Positions 11,005-22,798 are shown, numbered from the stretch's first letter. The stretch: 64,000 bases of DNA from Cyanophyceae cyanobacterium (GCA_038321985.1 JBBQFN010000007.1:128001-192000), one strand, 5' to 3'. The notes: generated by a model not told the origin, from the letters alone. Numbers and translations are program-made.

Positions 11005-12051
11005 TTACCACTCTAATGCTTCAGGTGGGGCTATCTCTGACAAGGCACAAGTGATCGCCCCAGAGGAGATTACACCGGGGGTTTGAATCGGGAGCGCACT
11101 TTGGGTAGAATTCAGGGCGGGGGAGGTTAAAGCGGAGTCTGGTTCCGGCAGGGTTCTCGGGGATGATTGGTCCGTCATCCACCCCAGCCCCCCAATTGCC
11201 CCGGCCATGAGCGCCGTATAGCCTAGATACAAATGCACAGGACTGACGGAAAAGTCGAGATTAAATGGCTGGAAATGCCCGGAGGCAGGAGAAATATTCT
11301 TCTTTTGCGGGATGGGTAAGGAATCCGCTATTCTCCTGCCCTCTAAGCCTAAAAAATTCCCAATTTTATAAATAAAGCTCCGCACGTAAACATCTTCGGG
11401 CAACTGTTCCAAAATGCCGTTTTCGATCGCTTCAATATGACGGCAAGGAACGAGGGTCTGTTGGTACAACTCCAGAATCGATAAACCGCGATCGCAGCGT
11501 GCGGCTTGGAGTTGCTGCCCGATTTGAGTGAGGCGATCGGTCCATTGTTGTTGCTGCTGAGCGATGATTTGGGCTTCTCGTTCAGCTTGAAGTGGTTTGT
11601 TGGCCCGTTGAAAGGGGTTGATTACTGGCTTTTGCTGTCTGAGGGTAGCACTCTTGCCTGCGATCGCTCCTCTATCGGCAGTAGTCAGGGATTGAGAATG
11701 GCTTTCCGGTGTTCGGATGTCCTCTAGGGCATGAGACTCGTGGCGATCGGCGGACTGGGGAAATAACTCTAGGGACTCAGGGACTAGACCCCCCTCATTC
11801 AGGGGTTCTAAAGGCTCCTGGCCCGGGGATATCCATTGCTTGATCGTTAGCCAGATTGCTTTTTTGGCGACAGCTTGAAGCAGCATAGAGGAACCGTCAG
11901 CCGACTCACCGAGTTTCTGCTTCAGGATCCCTAACGCGGTCCGGTAAACTTTTGTACTATACAGTTCAGACTCAATTTGACTAAGGATAGCAGTCAGTTC
12001 TTCTTGAGGAAGCGTGGCCTGGGAGATGGATTCAAGTGCCATGATACTCAT
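11005..12051 (-). CDS. RodZ-like helix-turn-helix membrane protein
   Basis: IGQQLQAARCDRGLS..EL.QQTLVP.RHIEAIENG..EQLPEDVYVRSFI, followed by one TM segment (HLYLGYTALMAGAIGGLGW). Confidence 0.8.
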   Translation of the reverse strand: MSIMALESISQATLPQEELTAILSQIESELYSTKVYRTALGILKQKLGESADGSSMLLQAVAKKAIWLTIKQWISPGQEPLEPLNEGGLVPESLELFPQSADRHESHALEDIRTPESHSQSLTTADRGAIAGKSATLRQQKPVINPFQRANKPLQAEREAQIIAQQQQQWTDRLTQIGQQLQAARCDRGLSILELYQQTLVPCRHIEAIENGILEQLPEDVYVRSFIYKIGNFLGLEGRRIADSLPIPQKKNISPASGHFQPFNLDFSVSPVHLYLGYTALMAGAIGGLGWMTDQSSPRTLPEPDSALTSPALNSTQSALPIQTPGVISSGAITCALSEIAPPEALEW

Positions 12052-12602
12052 TAAATCAGGGGGACTTCAGTCAGTAGCAACTGAATGAACAACAGCTAAC
12101 CGTCAATCCTGTCTTTGCCCAAAATCTTGAGTTTAGCCCGAAGTTAGACTCAGGTCTGGCTCGGCAGGTAATCGGGGAGAATCTGTGTCTGAGTATCTTC
12201 ATTCGGGTGATTTGTCCCCCTTCAGGATGGAAGAATGGCTCCCTGGGTGACAATTGGCACCTCGGAGGTAGGGGAATGCCTCAATGGATCCGAAACCTGT
12301 GCGGCCCTCCGGAACGAGTTCGCTGCCTTACCCATTGCGAGTTTCGGCTCCCTCCTAGCTCGATTACGGAGTAGATATCGGCTCAACCCTAAGGTAGAGA
12401 TCGCCTTAATCCCACTGAAAAAAATAGAAATCGGATCGGTTCGCTCCCGTGATATTCTTGTTTTGCCCTAGGATTTGCTCTTGCTGGGTTCAGGGCAATC
12501 AAAAAACCTGTACGCCTTGACCCCAATGTGGTAAGGGCGTTTTCCGGTTTTATAATTCCGTTTTGCTCCTCGCTACTGATCTTTATCTTCCTATTATCTG
12601 TC

Positions 12603-13184
12603 ATGTCCCGATCGGAATCACCAAAAGAGAATGGGCAATCCCACACTCCATCCACAATTTTGACGGATGAGTCCGGGCGATCGCTATCTTGCTACATTGA
12701 ACACTCCGTAGAAGTAAACGGTAATACTTACGTTTTACTCACTCCCATTGATACGCCGGTGGAAATTTTCGCATGGCAAGCCGAGGATGAAGATGATGAA
12801 CCTATCCCCATTAGTGAAGACGAAGTTGACCTCATTTTTGATACGGCTAAAGCGGTCCTCGAAGAACAAAACCTCACCCTAAAACGCACTGCAATTACCC
12901 TAACGGTTAGCGGTGATCTTCCAGAATTTACGGAAGAAGAAATCAATGAAGAAGATTCTGCGGAAGCGGCAGAATATGAGGAACTTCAGTGGTTAGCTAG
13001 CTTCTATCACGAAGAAGCTGAGTATGCCATCTACTCTCCTTTAGATCCCGTCTTCATTTTGGCTCGCCTCAATGAAGAAGGAAACCCCGAGTTACTTTCT
13101 GATGAGGAGTTACAAGAACTTGAACCTATGATGTCTACTTTAGAAGGCATGATAGAAGAACGATTGTTCGAGGAACTCGAATAA
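12603..13184 (+). CDS. DUF3727-domain acidic protein
   Basis: LTDESGRSL.CYIEHS...Y.LL.P.DTPVEIFAW, AVL.EQNL.LKRTA.TLTV, YAIYSPLDP; ATG at 12603; upstream of mltG. Confidence 0.82.
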   Translation: MSRSESPKENGQSHTPSTILTDESGRSLSCYIEHSVEVNGNTYVLLTPIDTPVEIFAWQAEDEDDEPIPISEDEVDLIFDTAKAVLEEQNLTLKRTAITLTVSGDLPEFTEEEINEEDSAEAAEYEELQWLASFYHEEAEYAIYSPLDPVFILARLNEEGNPELLSDEELQELEPMMSTLEGMIEERLFEELE

Positions 13185-13680
13185 CGACAGGGAACTGTAT
13201 CCCCCCGGGGTGAGGTCGGTAATAGATTGGAGGTGGGACTAGAATCAATGTTGAAGCCCGATCAGTCCCATTTCAATAAAATTTTTAGCGGGATCAGCAC
13301 CCAAAACTGTCCTAAAATCAGAATAAAAGGCGATCGCGTTGGAGCGCTTCCCATCAGGGTTGTACAGACGATGGTGTTCGTCGCCAGCCGGACCCTTGCC
13401 GGACTAGACAAAAGCGACTCCAACTTGGAAAGAATCAGGCTCTAAGATGCACAACGTAGAAGATCCCCGGCCCGAATATCCCCGTCTCGGTGCATAAGTT
13501 ATCTAAGGGCTACCTGAACATAAGATTGGGATCGCCGTCTGATGTTGAGTCTATCAATTCACCGATTAAAGACTACCCTGGAATACAGGAATGCCGCTGG
13601 TAAAGATCCCCGAGGGGTGATGGCGGGCGATCGCTTCTCCATCCGGACAATATCCCCTGAGATCCTCACGGCATCCCCTC

Positions 13681-14799
13681 ATGGTTGTTACAGATCAACA
13701 GAAGATGAAAGCAGCGAGTCAACGAAAAACAAATTGGTTGTTATATGTGGCGCTTATCCTCTGCGCTGCGATCGGAATCAGTGCATGGCAAGGTTGGAGG
13801 TGGTGGATCTCATCTAGTGCACCAGCTTCTCAATCCTTATCGAGGGATGCGGTTGTGGAAGCTCCTCAGCTTCAAGTCGTACAAATCGAGCCTGGGGAGC
13901 CAGGACAACTCATTGGAGTTAAGCTAGAAGAACAGGGGCTAATTCGTTCGGCAAACGCCTGGAATATGTGGACTCGATGGTTAATTCGTCAAAACCCAGA
14001 AGGGGGTTACAAAGCCGGAACCTACCAAGTCTCCCCGACTGAACCGATGCAGGCGATCGCCCAAAAAATCTGGAACGGCGAGGTCATGCAGCTCGATTTC
14101 ACCATTCCCGAAGGCTGGAATATCAGACAAATGGCTGAATATTTCGAGTCTAAAGGGTTTTTTCCGGCTGAAGAATTTCTCGCCGCTACCCAAGAAATTC
14201 CCTGGGCTGAATACCCCTGGCTCCCTAAAGATTTGCCTCATTTAGAAGGCTTTTTATACCCGGATACTTACAAACTCCGAGCCGATGATCTAACCCCTCA
14301 AGCTATTATTCAACCGATGCTTGATCGGTTTGAACAGGTAGCTCTCCCCGTTTATCAACAACCCCAAAATCAAACGAATCTAAGTCTCAAAGAGTGGGTT
14401 ACTCTGGCTAGTATTGTTGAAAAAGAGTCCGTCGTGGCATCGGAACGTAATCGGATTGCCGGTGTATTTACCAATCGTCTCAAACAGGGGATCTCTCTCG
14501 GTGCAGATCCGACGGTGGAATACGGATTGAACATTAGACAAACGGAAGATCAGCCTTTAACTTTGGCACAGGTGAATACACCTTCCCCTTACAATACTTA
14601 TCTCAATCCAGGTTTACCTCCTACCCCGATCTCTGCACCGGGAGTTGCCAGTTTAGAAGCCACTTTAGCCCCCGAAGAGACGGAGTATCTCTATTTCGTG
14701 GCTCTTTATGATGGCACTCATATTTTTAGTCGCACTCTAGCGGAACATGAAGCGGCTCAAAATGCAATTTGGGACGAACGCGACCCAAGTTTACGTTAA
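13681..14799 (+). CDS. mltG: Endolytic transglycosylase MltG
   Basis: N-terminal TM, TIPEG, LEGFLYPDTY, LASIVEKE, SPYNTY..PGLPPTPI. Confidence 0.95.
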   Translation: MVVTDQQKMKAASQRKTNWLLYVALILCAAIGISAWQGWRWWISSSAPASQSLSRDAVVEAPQLQVVQIEPGEPGQLIGVKLEEQGLIRSANAWNMWTRWLIRQNPEGGYKAGTYQVSPTEPMQAIAQKIWNGEVMQLDFTIPEGWNIRQMAEYFESKGFFPAEEFLAATQEIPWAEYPWLPKDLPHLEGFLYPDTYKLRADDLTPQAIIQPMLDRFEQVALPVYQQPQNQTNLSLKEWVTLASIVEKESVVASERNRIAGVFTNRLKQGISLGADPTVEYGLNIRQTEDQPLTLAQVNTPSPYNTYLNPGLPPTPISAPGVASLEATLAPEETEYLYFVALYDGTHIFSRTLAEHEAAQNAIWDERDPSLR

Positions 14800-14803
14800 A
14801 ACT

Positions 14804-14845
14804 TTCCCCAAGTAGCAGATATCAATCCCTGCTTGGGGAATTTTT
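14804..14845 (+). terminator. Probable intrinsic terminator after mltG
   Basis: ttccccaag (14804-14812) pairs with cttggggaa (14832-14840), followed by TTTTT. Confidence 0.6.
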
Positions 14846-15098
14846 AGGACGGTGATGCGATTGCCTCCGGCATAGCTGCGCTTACCGCCGCCGGATTAAT
14901 AAGGGGAGGATGTCAAAATCATCATGAGGGAAATGTGGTTTGAGCCAGAGCATCCCAGCAGTAGCGGGGATCGCGCTGTAATATCAGATAATCGGGTGAC
15001 GGCACGTTCTAGGTGGTCTATCTCAAGATGCTGTTAAACTGTGGTTTCCGGCATTCCGGAGGACGGTCGTTAGTGTTAGTCAGTGAGGGTCAATTGCT

Positions 15099-15620
15099 AT
15101 GTCTTGGGGAAAACTCTTAGAACCCGATTTATTTTTAGGGGACTCAATTTTAAGCCTGACACCCGAGATCGTGAAAGAGTACGACCTCAAGGGTCTGGTT
15201 TTGGATGTGGATGATACTCTCGTCCCCATCCGAGAAATCCAGGTTTCTGAGTATTTGCGACAGTGGGTGGAGCAAATTCGCCCGGTTGCTACCTTATGGT
15301 TAGTTAGCAATAACATCAGCGAAGTTCGGATCGGTGGGATCGCGCGCTCTTTAAATTTGCCCTACATTACGGGTGCGGCGAAACCCTCTCGCCGGAAGTT
15401 ACGACAGGCGGTTACCGGGATGAACCTGCCGGTGGAAAAGGTGGCAATGGTGGGCGATCGCCTGTTTACTGATGTCCTCGCCGGCAACCGCTTAGGAATG
15501 TTTACCATTCTGGTAGACCCGATGGTGGATCCGGGGGCGATGATGCGAACTACTCATCCGGTGCGCTCGCTGGAAGTCTGGCTATCTCAAATCCTCGGCG
15601 CTTCCCTCGCCAAGAAGTAA
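15099..15620 (+). CDS. yqeG: YqeG-family HAD IIIA phosphatase
   Basis: [33 protein letters not shown]. Confidence 0.92.
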   Translation: MSWGKLLEPDLFLGDSILSLTPEIVKEYDLKGLVLDVDDTLVPIREIQVSEYLRQWVEQIRPVATLWLVSNNISEVRIGGIARSLNLPYITGAAKPSRRKLRQAVTGMNLPVEKVAMVGDRLFTDVLAGNRLGMFTILVDPMVDPGAMMRTTHPVRSLEVWLSQILGASLAKK

Positions 15621-15672
15621 TCAAACGTCCCTCCGGTTAACTCAACGCCCTGGATCCCGCGACCCGGAATAT

Positions 15673-16833
15673 ATGAATTTGCAAACCTTAGTCGTCAAAA
15701 TTGGCACTTCTAGTCTCACCCAGGATAGTACCGGCAACCTGGCGATCGCCACCATTGCGGCCCTCGTTGAAACCCTCAGCGCACTCCGCCAGCAAGGACA
15801 TCGCGTTATCCTAGTTTCCTCCGGTGCGGTGGGAGTTGGTTGTGCTCGCCTGGGATTAAAAGAACGTCCCCGCACGATCGCCCTTAAACAGGCGGTAGCG
15901 GCTGTGGGTCAGGGCCGTTTAATGCGGGTTTATGATGACCTCTTTACCACCTTGCAACAGCCGATCGCCCAAGTTCTCCTAACTCGCAGCGATTTAGTCC
16001 AACGCAGTCGCTACGTCAACGCTTACAACACCTTCCAAGAATTACTACGCCTCGGAGTAATCCCGATTGTCAATGAAAATGATACGGTTGCGGTCGAAGA
16101 ACTCAAGTTCGGCGACAATGACACCCTCTCCGCAATGGTCGCCAGTTTAGTCGAAGCTGACTGGTTGTTTCTGATGACCGATGTGGATCGCCTCTACTCG
16201 GCAGACCCCCGCAGCAATCCGGACGCGCAACCCATTACCCTGGTTCAACACCTGGATGAGCTTACTCAGCTACAAGTCCAAACCGGAGGCAGTGGGACCA
16301 ATTGGGGGACCGGGGGCATGACGACTAAAATTGAGGCAGCTAGAATTGCCACGGGTTCCGGGGTCCGCACGGTGATTACCTCGTCTCAATCCCCACGGAA
16401 CCTGGAGAAAATTTTGCAAGGAGAGGCGATCGGAACTCACTTTGCACCCCAACCGCGCACCAGTAATGCTCGCAAACGCTGGATCGCGAATGCGGTCATC
16501 CCTTCGGGCCAACTTTATTTAGATGCCGGGGCGATCGCCGCAATCTGTCAAGGGGGAAAGTCTCTACTGCCTGCCGGAATCGTCGAGGTGTTGGGAGAAT
16601 TTGAGGCATCGGATGCGGTGCAACTGTGCGATCGCACAGGTCGAGAAATTGCTCGCGGACTGGTCAACTATAGCAGTACCGAACTTGAGCGGATTCGCGG
16701 ACGAAAATCTGATGAAATTTTAACAATTTTGGGTTATGTTGTCGCCGATACTGTAATCCACCGGGATAATTTAGTTTTAAACCGTTCCACTAGCGATGCA
16801 GCCGATTTGAACAAAACCGATATGCTCTACTAA
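15673..16833 (+). CDS. proB: Glutamate 5-kinase
   Basis: [39 protein letters not shown] and a C-terminal PUA domain. Confidence 0.97.
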   Translation: MNLQTLVVKIGTSSLTQDSTGNLAIATIAALVETLSALRQQGHRVILVSSGAVGVGCARLGLKERPRTIALKQAVAAVGQGRLMRVYDDLFTTLQQPIAQVLLTRSDLVQRSRYVNAYNTFQELLRLGVIPIVNENDTVAVEELKFGDNDTLSAMVASLVEADWLFLMTDVDRLYSADPRSNPDAQPITLVQHLDELTQLQVQTGGSGTNWGTGGMTTKIEAARIATGSGVRTVITSSQSPRNLEKILQGEAIGTHFAPQPRTSNARKRWIANAVIPSGQLYLDAGAIAAICQGGKSLLPAGIVEVLGEFEASDAVQLCDRTGREIARGLVNYSSTELERIRGRKSDEILTILGYVVADTVIHRDNLVLNRSTSDAADLNKTDMLY

Positions 16834-17048
16834 AAGCCGGTTTGGTGTTTCTTTCAGCAATCTGCTTTGATTTGACAGGGGCAGAAATTTTAGGTTAAAA
16901 TTACCCCATTCATTGAATGAGGCTATGCTCATGCCGATTCGATTCTCAATGAAGTGATAATAACCTCGGCTCACCTGCCCAAATTCAGGGATTTTTTTCA
17001 TCCATCCCCGCACTAAAAATACTTCTACAGCACGGAAAAAAATAGACG

Positions 17049-17453
17049 ATGAACCCCGATAACGTCATGGAATTTTTACAAACCGGATTTCGAGTTGGGG
17101 TAGGCGCGACGGCTTCCCTACTCGAAAGTATTCAAGACCCCCAAAAACGAGAAGAAAATCTGGCAGACTTGAAACTAGAGGCCAGGGATTTAACCCGGAA
17201 GTGGGCAGAAAAAGGAGAAATGACTGAACGGGAAGCCCGAAATTTTGTCGATACTCTCATCGATCACCAGCGATCGCCCGGGGAAACCCCTTCCTCGGCA
17301 ACTCCCCAACCCCCTGGTTCTGCGCCTGAGTCCTCCCCTCCAACTTCGGCGACCAATCCGCAAGTTTATCAGGATTTACAAGACTTGACCGCCCAAATTG
17401 CAGCGTTGCGGTCTGAGTTAGAAAATTTACAGCGAAAAGACCCCGAACTCTAA
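17049..17453 (+). CDS. Conserved hypothetical coiled-coil protein (phasin-like)
   Basis: GFRVGVGA...AEKGEMTEREARNFVD, with C-terminal LQDLTAQIAALRSELE. Confidence 0.7.
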   Translation: MNPDNVMEFLQTGFRVGVGATASLLESIQDPQKREENLADLKLEARDLTRKWAEKGEMTEREARNFVDTLIDHQRSPGETPSSATPQPPGSAPESSPPTSATNPQVYQDLQDLTAQIAALRSELENLQRKDPEL

Positions 17454-17659
17454 GCAGGGGTTGCTGGGGTATCAAAGATTAGCACAATTAAAATACAATT
17501 TGTGAGGATATTTCTCCTCTAAACACCGATTTAGCTCTTAATGGTGAGACAGGAGAATGAGAAATTGGTCCTCTAATTTCTAGTCCAACTTTTCAGAGTG
17601 GGACAAAGGCGGCTGAATGAAGCATTACCAGAAGGGTAGACTGTTGCCCTATTTTTTTT

Positions 17660-17790
17660 GCGGTTGCTTCTACCGTAGTGACTGCCCTACCGTAGAAGCA
17701 ACCGCCTACTACTTTTTGAGATCTACTTAGAAGCGTCAGGATCTGCCCTGTCCAGAAAAAGCAAAATAAAATTTACTTTTTCTTGACAGG
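17660..17790. terminator. Two hairpins between convergent genes (bidirectional terminator / REP-like)
   Basis: Perfect 14-bp inverted repeat gcggttgcttctac (17660-17673) / gtagaagcaaccgc (17692-17705). Second stem cctgtc.agaaaaag / ctttttct.gacagg at 17747-17790. Confidence 0.65.
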
Positions 17791-17823
17791 ACAACACTTA
17801 TTTGATATATAGCACTAAATTTT

Positions 17824-18054
17824 TTAATCGTTGCCCCAGTCTTCGCGACCCATCAGGTCCACAATGCGATCGCGCAGCAGAAAATCATGTTTTTCTAGTT
17901 CAGACTCAACCACTGCCCATTCCCGTGCAGGGATGTACTGGCAGAGGGTATAGATAGGTTGTTGCCGTCCCACAAAGCCATTTTTGACTAAGGTACGGGC
18001 TTCTTCTTTGATGAAGTCGATTGAATATTGAATGGTAGATGTAGATGGAGCCAT
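17824..18054 (-). CDS. DUF4327-family protein
   Basis: YSIDFIKEEARTLV..G.V.RQQPIY.LCQYIPAREW..VE.ELEKHDFLLRDRI.DL.G.EDW. Confidence 0.85.
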   Translation of the reverse strand: MAPSTSTIQYSIDFIKEEARTLVKNGFVGRQQPIYTLCQYIPAREWAVVESELEKHDFLLRDRIVDLMGREDWGND

Positions 18055-18820
18055 CTTTAAAACCTCGCTAGATAGATTTTTTAATCAACGTTATATCTGT
18101 GACCACCCCCCCCAGTTAAGTGAAGACTTCATAAAATCTCATTCTCATTAAAGAAGGGAGACGACTGGGCGGCCTCTTGTGGTAATTGTTACATTCTATA
18201 CAGCAGCATTTTTATTCTCGCGCTAATTGTCTCCTATTCATCTTAATAAAAGATAAAGAATTATGCACCCCCAGATAGATAATTTCTGGTGATGCCTCTA
18301 CCTCTAGGCTTAGGAGATCGTTAATAGACCTCTTCCAAAATTCCTGATTAATACCGCCCAACCCCTGAGTAAGAAAGGCTTGGGAGCTTTTGGACAGAAT
18401 TCTAATGATTGCATTATTTCTAGTTTCAACTAGAAAGATTTAGAAACAATGTTATACAGGGGGAGGGTTGTAGCCATAGTCTTCCGGGCAATTTTATATA
18501 AATATTGCTTTCAATGGTCAATCCCATTCCCCGCTTCCTGTCTGGGTATTTGTTTTTCCCCTAGTGGGTTTGGATCTCCCTTCCGAACCTCCCGGAGATA
18601 GCCCCCACGCCCCCGGTCTGAATCAAAGGAAAACTGTTTTGTTCCCGGGGAAAGATTACTCAAAGTGTTCAGTTTTGTCATCGTTTCTTGACGTGAGGGA
18701 ACCCTATTCTGGGAATTTTAGGAGCAGGGAAAGAGGGATTTGGAAGGGCCTAATGGGAGAGGGATCGCTGCTTTCAGGGATTAAACCGGGTTAGAAATGG
18801 CTTATTTTACATCGTTAACT

Positions 18821-20479
18821 TTAGTAGAAAGGGTTCGCTGGGGTTGGGGTCAGGGTTAGTCCAAATAATGTTTCGAGGGCGATCGCTTGAGCGGCACCCA
18901 TTTGACCGTAAGAAAAGACAAAGGGAATGGACGGAGGCAACAGGGCCTTAAATTCATCTAAAACGTAGGGGCTACCATAAATGGCAATTGCCTGTAGTTG
19001 TCCCGTTTCTAATAATTGCTTGAGCCATTCTCTCGCGAGGCGGGTCACTTGGGCGGGTCCACCAAAGGGATTACCCCGGATAAAGATTTGAAGTAAGGTT
19101 TTACCTGTTCCCATTGCCTGGAAGTCTTGTCCTCGACAGGGGCTAGAGCAATCAACCCCATGAAATTGATAGCCTTTAGACTTGGGAATCACGATCGCCG
19201 GTGCTTGTTTATTCAGAAACGCACTATTAATCAGGGAGTCCGTTATCAATAAATTATTTAAATACTCCCCGGATTCCGGTTGAGGCAGGGATAAAGGCAA
19301 AGACCCCCCAATTTGCTGAGACTCTCGTAAGATACTGTCTACAGAAGCGATCGCACCGGGAGTGGAAAGGTTAATCAGCTGGGCTGTTGGGGAAGTCGGG
19401 GGATTGACAACTACGGAAGGGGAAAAAAGTTTTCGTTTAGCCTTCCAAATGCGAGTGACGGATTCACGAATGCGATCGGGGGAGATGCGACCAGATTTAA
19501 CCGCATCGCAAATAGCAGTAATCGCTTGGGCTGGATCCAGCGGCATTAATAAAATATCGGCCCCGGCTTCTAACGCTAAAATCGGGGCTTCATTAGCACC
19601 ATAACGGTTGGCGATCGCCCCCATGACCAAAGCATCGGTGACAATTAAGCCATCAAAGCCAAACCTTTGCCGTAACTGTCCCGTTAAAATCTGGGGAGAA
19701 AGGGTGGCAGGATGGTCGGAATCCCAGGCTTCAATGCACAGGTGAGCGCTCATCACTGCATCCACCCCAGCAGAGATCGTCCGTTGAAACGGCGGAAGTT
19801 CGACGGCCTCTAGTCGTTCCTGAGAATGTCGCAACACCGGCAGCTCGATATGAGAATCTACGCTGGTATCCCCATGTCCGGGAAAATGCTTAGCACAGGT
19901 GAGTACAGGATACTTTTGAGCGCCCCGCATAAAGGCTAGGGCTAACTCACTGGCGGTTTCGGGATTTTCCCCAAACGAACGGACATTAATAACAGGGTTA
20001 GCGGGATTATTATTGACATCCACCACTGGGGCGAGGACCCAATTAATCCCGACGGCGAGGGCTTCCTGGGCGGTATAAGCTCCCATTGCTGCGGCATAAC
20101 CCTCAGCTTTCGACGGGTTTTCTACCGCAATCCGGGCGATCGCCATTGGCGGGGGAAACCAAGTGGCCCCGGCAAACCGCTGTCCGACACCTTCTTCGAT
20201 ATCGGCAGCGATCAGCAATGGATATTTAGCCCAGGATTGCAATTGGTGCGATCGCAGTATCAAATCTCCTGCACTGCCTCCCACCAAAATCACACCCCCG
20301 ACGCCCTTTCCTTGCACTAGCTGCTGTAACTGGGCCGCTGGGGGTTCCCAATCAGGATATTCGATTTGGTGGTCAAACAGGTGTCCAGACGCTCGCACGA
20401 CGAACAACTGAGCCACCTGTTCTTCTAAAGATAAAGTTTCAAGATCCGGCAGTGCCGGGATCTGCTCCGACATATCCAC
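18821..20479 (-). CDS. nagZ: GH3 beta-N-acetylhexosaminidase (NagZ-type)
   Basis: NagZ signature KHFPGHGDTSVDSH, plus ADIEEG and IVTDALVM. Confidence 0.8.
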   Translation of the reverse strand: MDMSEQIPALPDLETLSLEEQVAQLFVVRASGHLFDHQIEYPDWEPPAAQLQQLVQGKGVGGVILVGGSAGDLILRSHQLQSWAKYPLLIAADIEEGVGQRFAGATWFPPPMAIARIAVENPSKAEGYAAAMGAYTAQEALAVGINWVLAPVVDVNNNPANPVINVRSFGENPETASELALAFMRGAQKYPVLTCAKHFPGHGDTSVDSHIELPVLRHSQERLEAVELPPFQRTISAGVDAVMSAHLCIEAWDSDHPATLSPQILTGQLRQRFGFDGLIVTDALVMGAIANRYGANEAPILALEAGADILLMPLDPAQAITAICDAVKSGRISPDRIRESVTRIWKAKRKLFSPSVVVNPPTSPTAQLINLSTPGAIASVDSILRESQQIGGSLPLSLPQPESGEYLNNLLITDSLINSAFLNKQAPAIVIPKSKGYQFHGVDCSSPCRGQDFQAMGTGKTLLQIFIRGNPFGGPAQVTRLAREWLKQLLETGQLQAIAIYGSPYVLDEFKALLPPSIPFVFSYGQMGAAQAIALETLFGLTLTPTPANPFY

Positions 20480-20482
20480 AGA

Positions 20483-20911
20483 TTAAGCCCCAGTTTCTGA
20501 AATTTCGCTCTCGTTTAGATCCACTTCTTCCTGATCCTCGTCAGGATGATGGTCCTTGCGTTCTTCACTGATTTGATTGAGCAGTGTCAGGATTCGCGTC
20601 CCTCGTTCGATGGATCGGTCTTCTAAAAATATCACTTCCGGGGTCCGACGCAATCGAACCCGGTGGCCGAGTTCCCTGCGGATGTATCCAGTAGCGGCTT
20701 GTAACCCTTCCATTGTTTCCGCCCGTGCTTCATCACTGCCATAGATACTGACAAAAATCTTGGCGTGTTGGAGGTCCCCGGAGACATTGACATCGGTAAC
20801 GCTGACCATTCCCGCGCCCACTCGGTCATCCTTAATGTCGCCGATTAACATCAAACTGACTTCGCGTTTAATCAAGGATGCGACGCGCTCTACTCGACGA
20901 TCTGTAGCCAT
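20483..20911 (-). CDS. rbfA: 30S ribosome-binding factor A
   Basis: [47 protein letters not shown]. Confidence 0.97.
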   Translation of the reverse strand: MATDRRVERVASLIKREVSLMLIGDIKDDRVGAGMVSVTDVNVSGDLQHAKIFVSIYGSDEARAETMEGLQAATGYIRRELGHRVRLRRTPEVIFLEDRSIERGTRILTLLNQISEERKDHHPDEDQEEVDLNESEISETGA

Positions 20912-21190
20912 AATATTGATTCCCTTGTTTGCATGGTCATGAAATTTGGGTGGTGCTCGGATACAACCACCTATCTGTAAGTGTAGAGTTTCAATCCGTG
21001 CTACCGCTACGTCAGAAAACCACTCCTCTAGGAGGATTTCTTTCTAGGGAGGGTGATTTGGCATTTTTATCAGGACGCTCTTTCTTGTAAGAATGTCTAA
21101 GTACCGGGCCGGAATGATGCCCGGTCCGAAAGGGTCTAGGATTTACACTGGCTGGGTTATTCCCTTGTCCGAGGCGATCGCGTGGGTGAC

Positions 21191-21397
21191 CTAGGTAACC
21201 GCCAATCCCAACATCCCTCGCAAGGTTAAACCGACAAAAATTAGGGCAGTAACAAGCAAGCTCACTAAGGCGATCGCCGTGACGGGTTTTTGCAACAGCG
21301 GCTTAAGCCCACCGAAGAGGGCAAAGAAGATGCCTAGAATGATCGTGACAAAGTAGCGCGGGTAGCGAAGGATATTATTCCAAAAATCATCAAACAT
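21191..21397 (-). CDS. DUF751-family small membrane protein
   Basis: FWNNILRYPRYFVTIILG...L.PLL.KPVTAIA...LTLRGMLG; usual neighbour of rbfA. Confidence 0.85.
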   Translation of the reverse strand: MFDDFWNNILRYPRYFVTIILGIFFALFGGLKPLLQKPVTAIALVSLLVTALIFVGLTLRGMLGLAVT

Positions 21398-21810
21398 AAC
21401 GATTCAGATTCTGACAGGAGCGGCTAAGTCTGTTTGCATTGTACCCCGTAGCATTGTTCTACGAGTTGCACGAGTAGGGCAAACTTCAGGGAGTTCGGTT
21501 GAAATCTTGGCGAGTCCCCGATAGGCACCCGACATTACACCGGCGATCGCTGGGCTGGTATTGAGCTCACCCCCACGATAATCGCGGGTGTCTTAAGGGA
21601 AAGAATACAGGCTCCACCGGACCCGGCCCCTGACCCCAACAAACGGGACAGCTTGGGCATAGGGTGATTTAAGGTAGGGGTTTGCCTAAAAATAATGGGT
21701 GCTATTGTGACTCCCGGGGATAGGGCACAGCGATGTCATTCCCTCGATTGAGCCTTGATTTTTTGAGGTGAAGTTCTCTTAGATGAAATTCTGCTGTAGA
21801 ATGCCGAAAA

Positions 21811-22170
21811 CTATATCATATTTTGGTGGAAATCAATCATTAACATTTTTCCGGTGGCATCATAAAATAAGGTAGCAAAACATAATTCGGGATAAATTCT
21901 TCCGCGCTTTTGTTTTTGAATACCGCCCATTGCCACTTGTACCCGATAACCTGTTCCAAAATTAATATCAAAATATTCATTAAAAAAGGCTTTCGTGACA
22001 ATATCAATTTGAACCCCTTGAGGGATATCAATACTTATATCTTCATCTTCTAGTTGAACTTTTTTCTGGCCCGACGCCCGGTATTTTTGTAACATATGAT
22101 TGACATCTTCAAAGATTTGGGAGTCGGGTAAAATGCGATCAATAGCTTGGATAACATCCTGAGAATCCAT
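21811..22170 (-). CDS. Hypothetical protein (119 aa, AT-rich)
   Basis: Strong Shine-Dalgarno AGGAGG 8 nt before the ATG; globular-looking composition; no family recognised. Confidence 0.65.
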   Translation of the reverse strand: MDSQDVIQAIDRILPDSQIFEDVNHMLQKYRASGQKKVQLEDEDISIDIPQGVQIDIVTKAFFNEYFDINFGTGYRVQVAMGGIQKQKRGRIYPELCFATLFYDATGKMLMIDFHQNMI

Positions 22171-22798
22171 CTGGGCAACCTCCTGGAAAATACATTACCG
22201 TAATCAAGGACTCAGTTGAAGCAGCGATCGCACTCTCCCGAGAAAGGATGGATCTATCTGACTCATTCAACCCGGGGCACTGCCATATAATTGCAGTAAA
22301 CGGATCTATTTTAGACCTAAAGGACTCAGGGTTTTGATGCAAATTGAGCCAATGGGAAGGAGAAGTCTTACCTTGAGAGGGTCATTGCGGGGGAAGGAAT
22401 GGGGACGCCCCTCCATTATGCCAAAATCGGTTTAAAAGCGCCGTATCAATCATTACTCCCTGCTGTCTGGGAGGCGATCGCCGGCAGAATTTAGCTCGCT
22501 GTCGTGGTATGTTAGGGATTCATGAACGATAGGATTCGGGTTGAGTTTAAAAATAGCCCCGAGTTGGCACCAAATTGCCCACTTGTAAAAGGGGTTGGGG
22601 TCGTGTTGGAAAGGGCGAGAGGCGCAGTCAAGGGCGAGTGTTTTCTCCGGTGCGATCGCCGAAATGAGATCAACTCCATTTCCCTTATCCCTATTTCAAT
22701 CAAACAATATCCCTGAAAACCCTTAAGTTCCCTAATTGAATTCGGTTTACCGAAAAGGGATACCGTTGCTACAAAATTATGATAAATTTTTAGGATAG

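Noticed and set aside
18187..18202. NtcA site upstream of the DUF4327 gene (TGTTACATTCTATACA)
   Set aside because: It mismatches GTA-N8-TAC and overlaps a likely -10 box (TAGAAT); not distinguishable from chance.
21480..21740. Structured RNA (SRP, 6S or RNase P) upstream of DUF751
   Set aside because: GC-rich, but none of the conserved motifs of these RNAs could be found on either strand.
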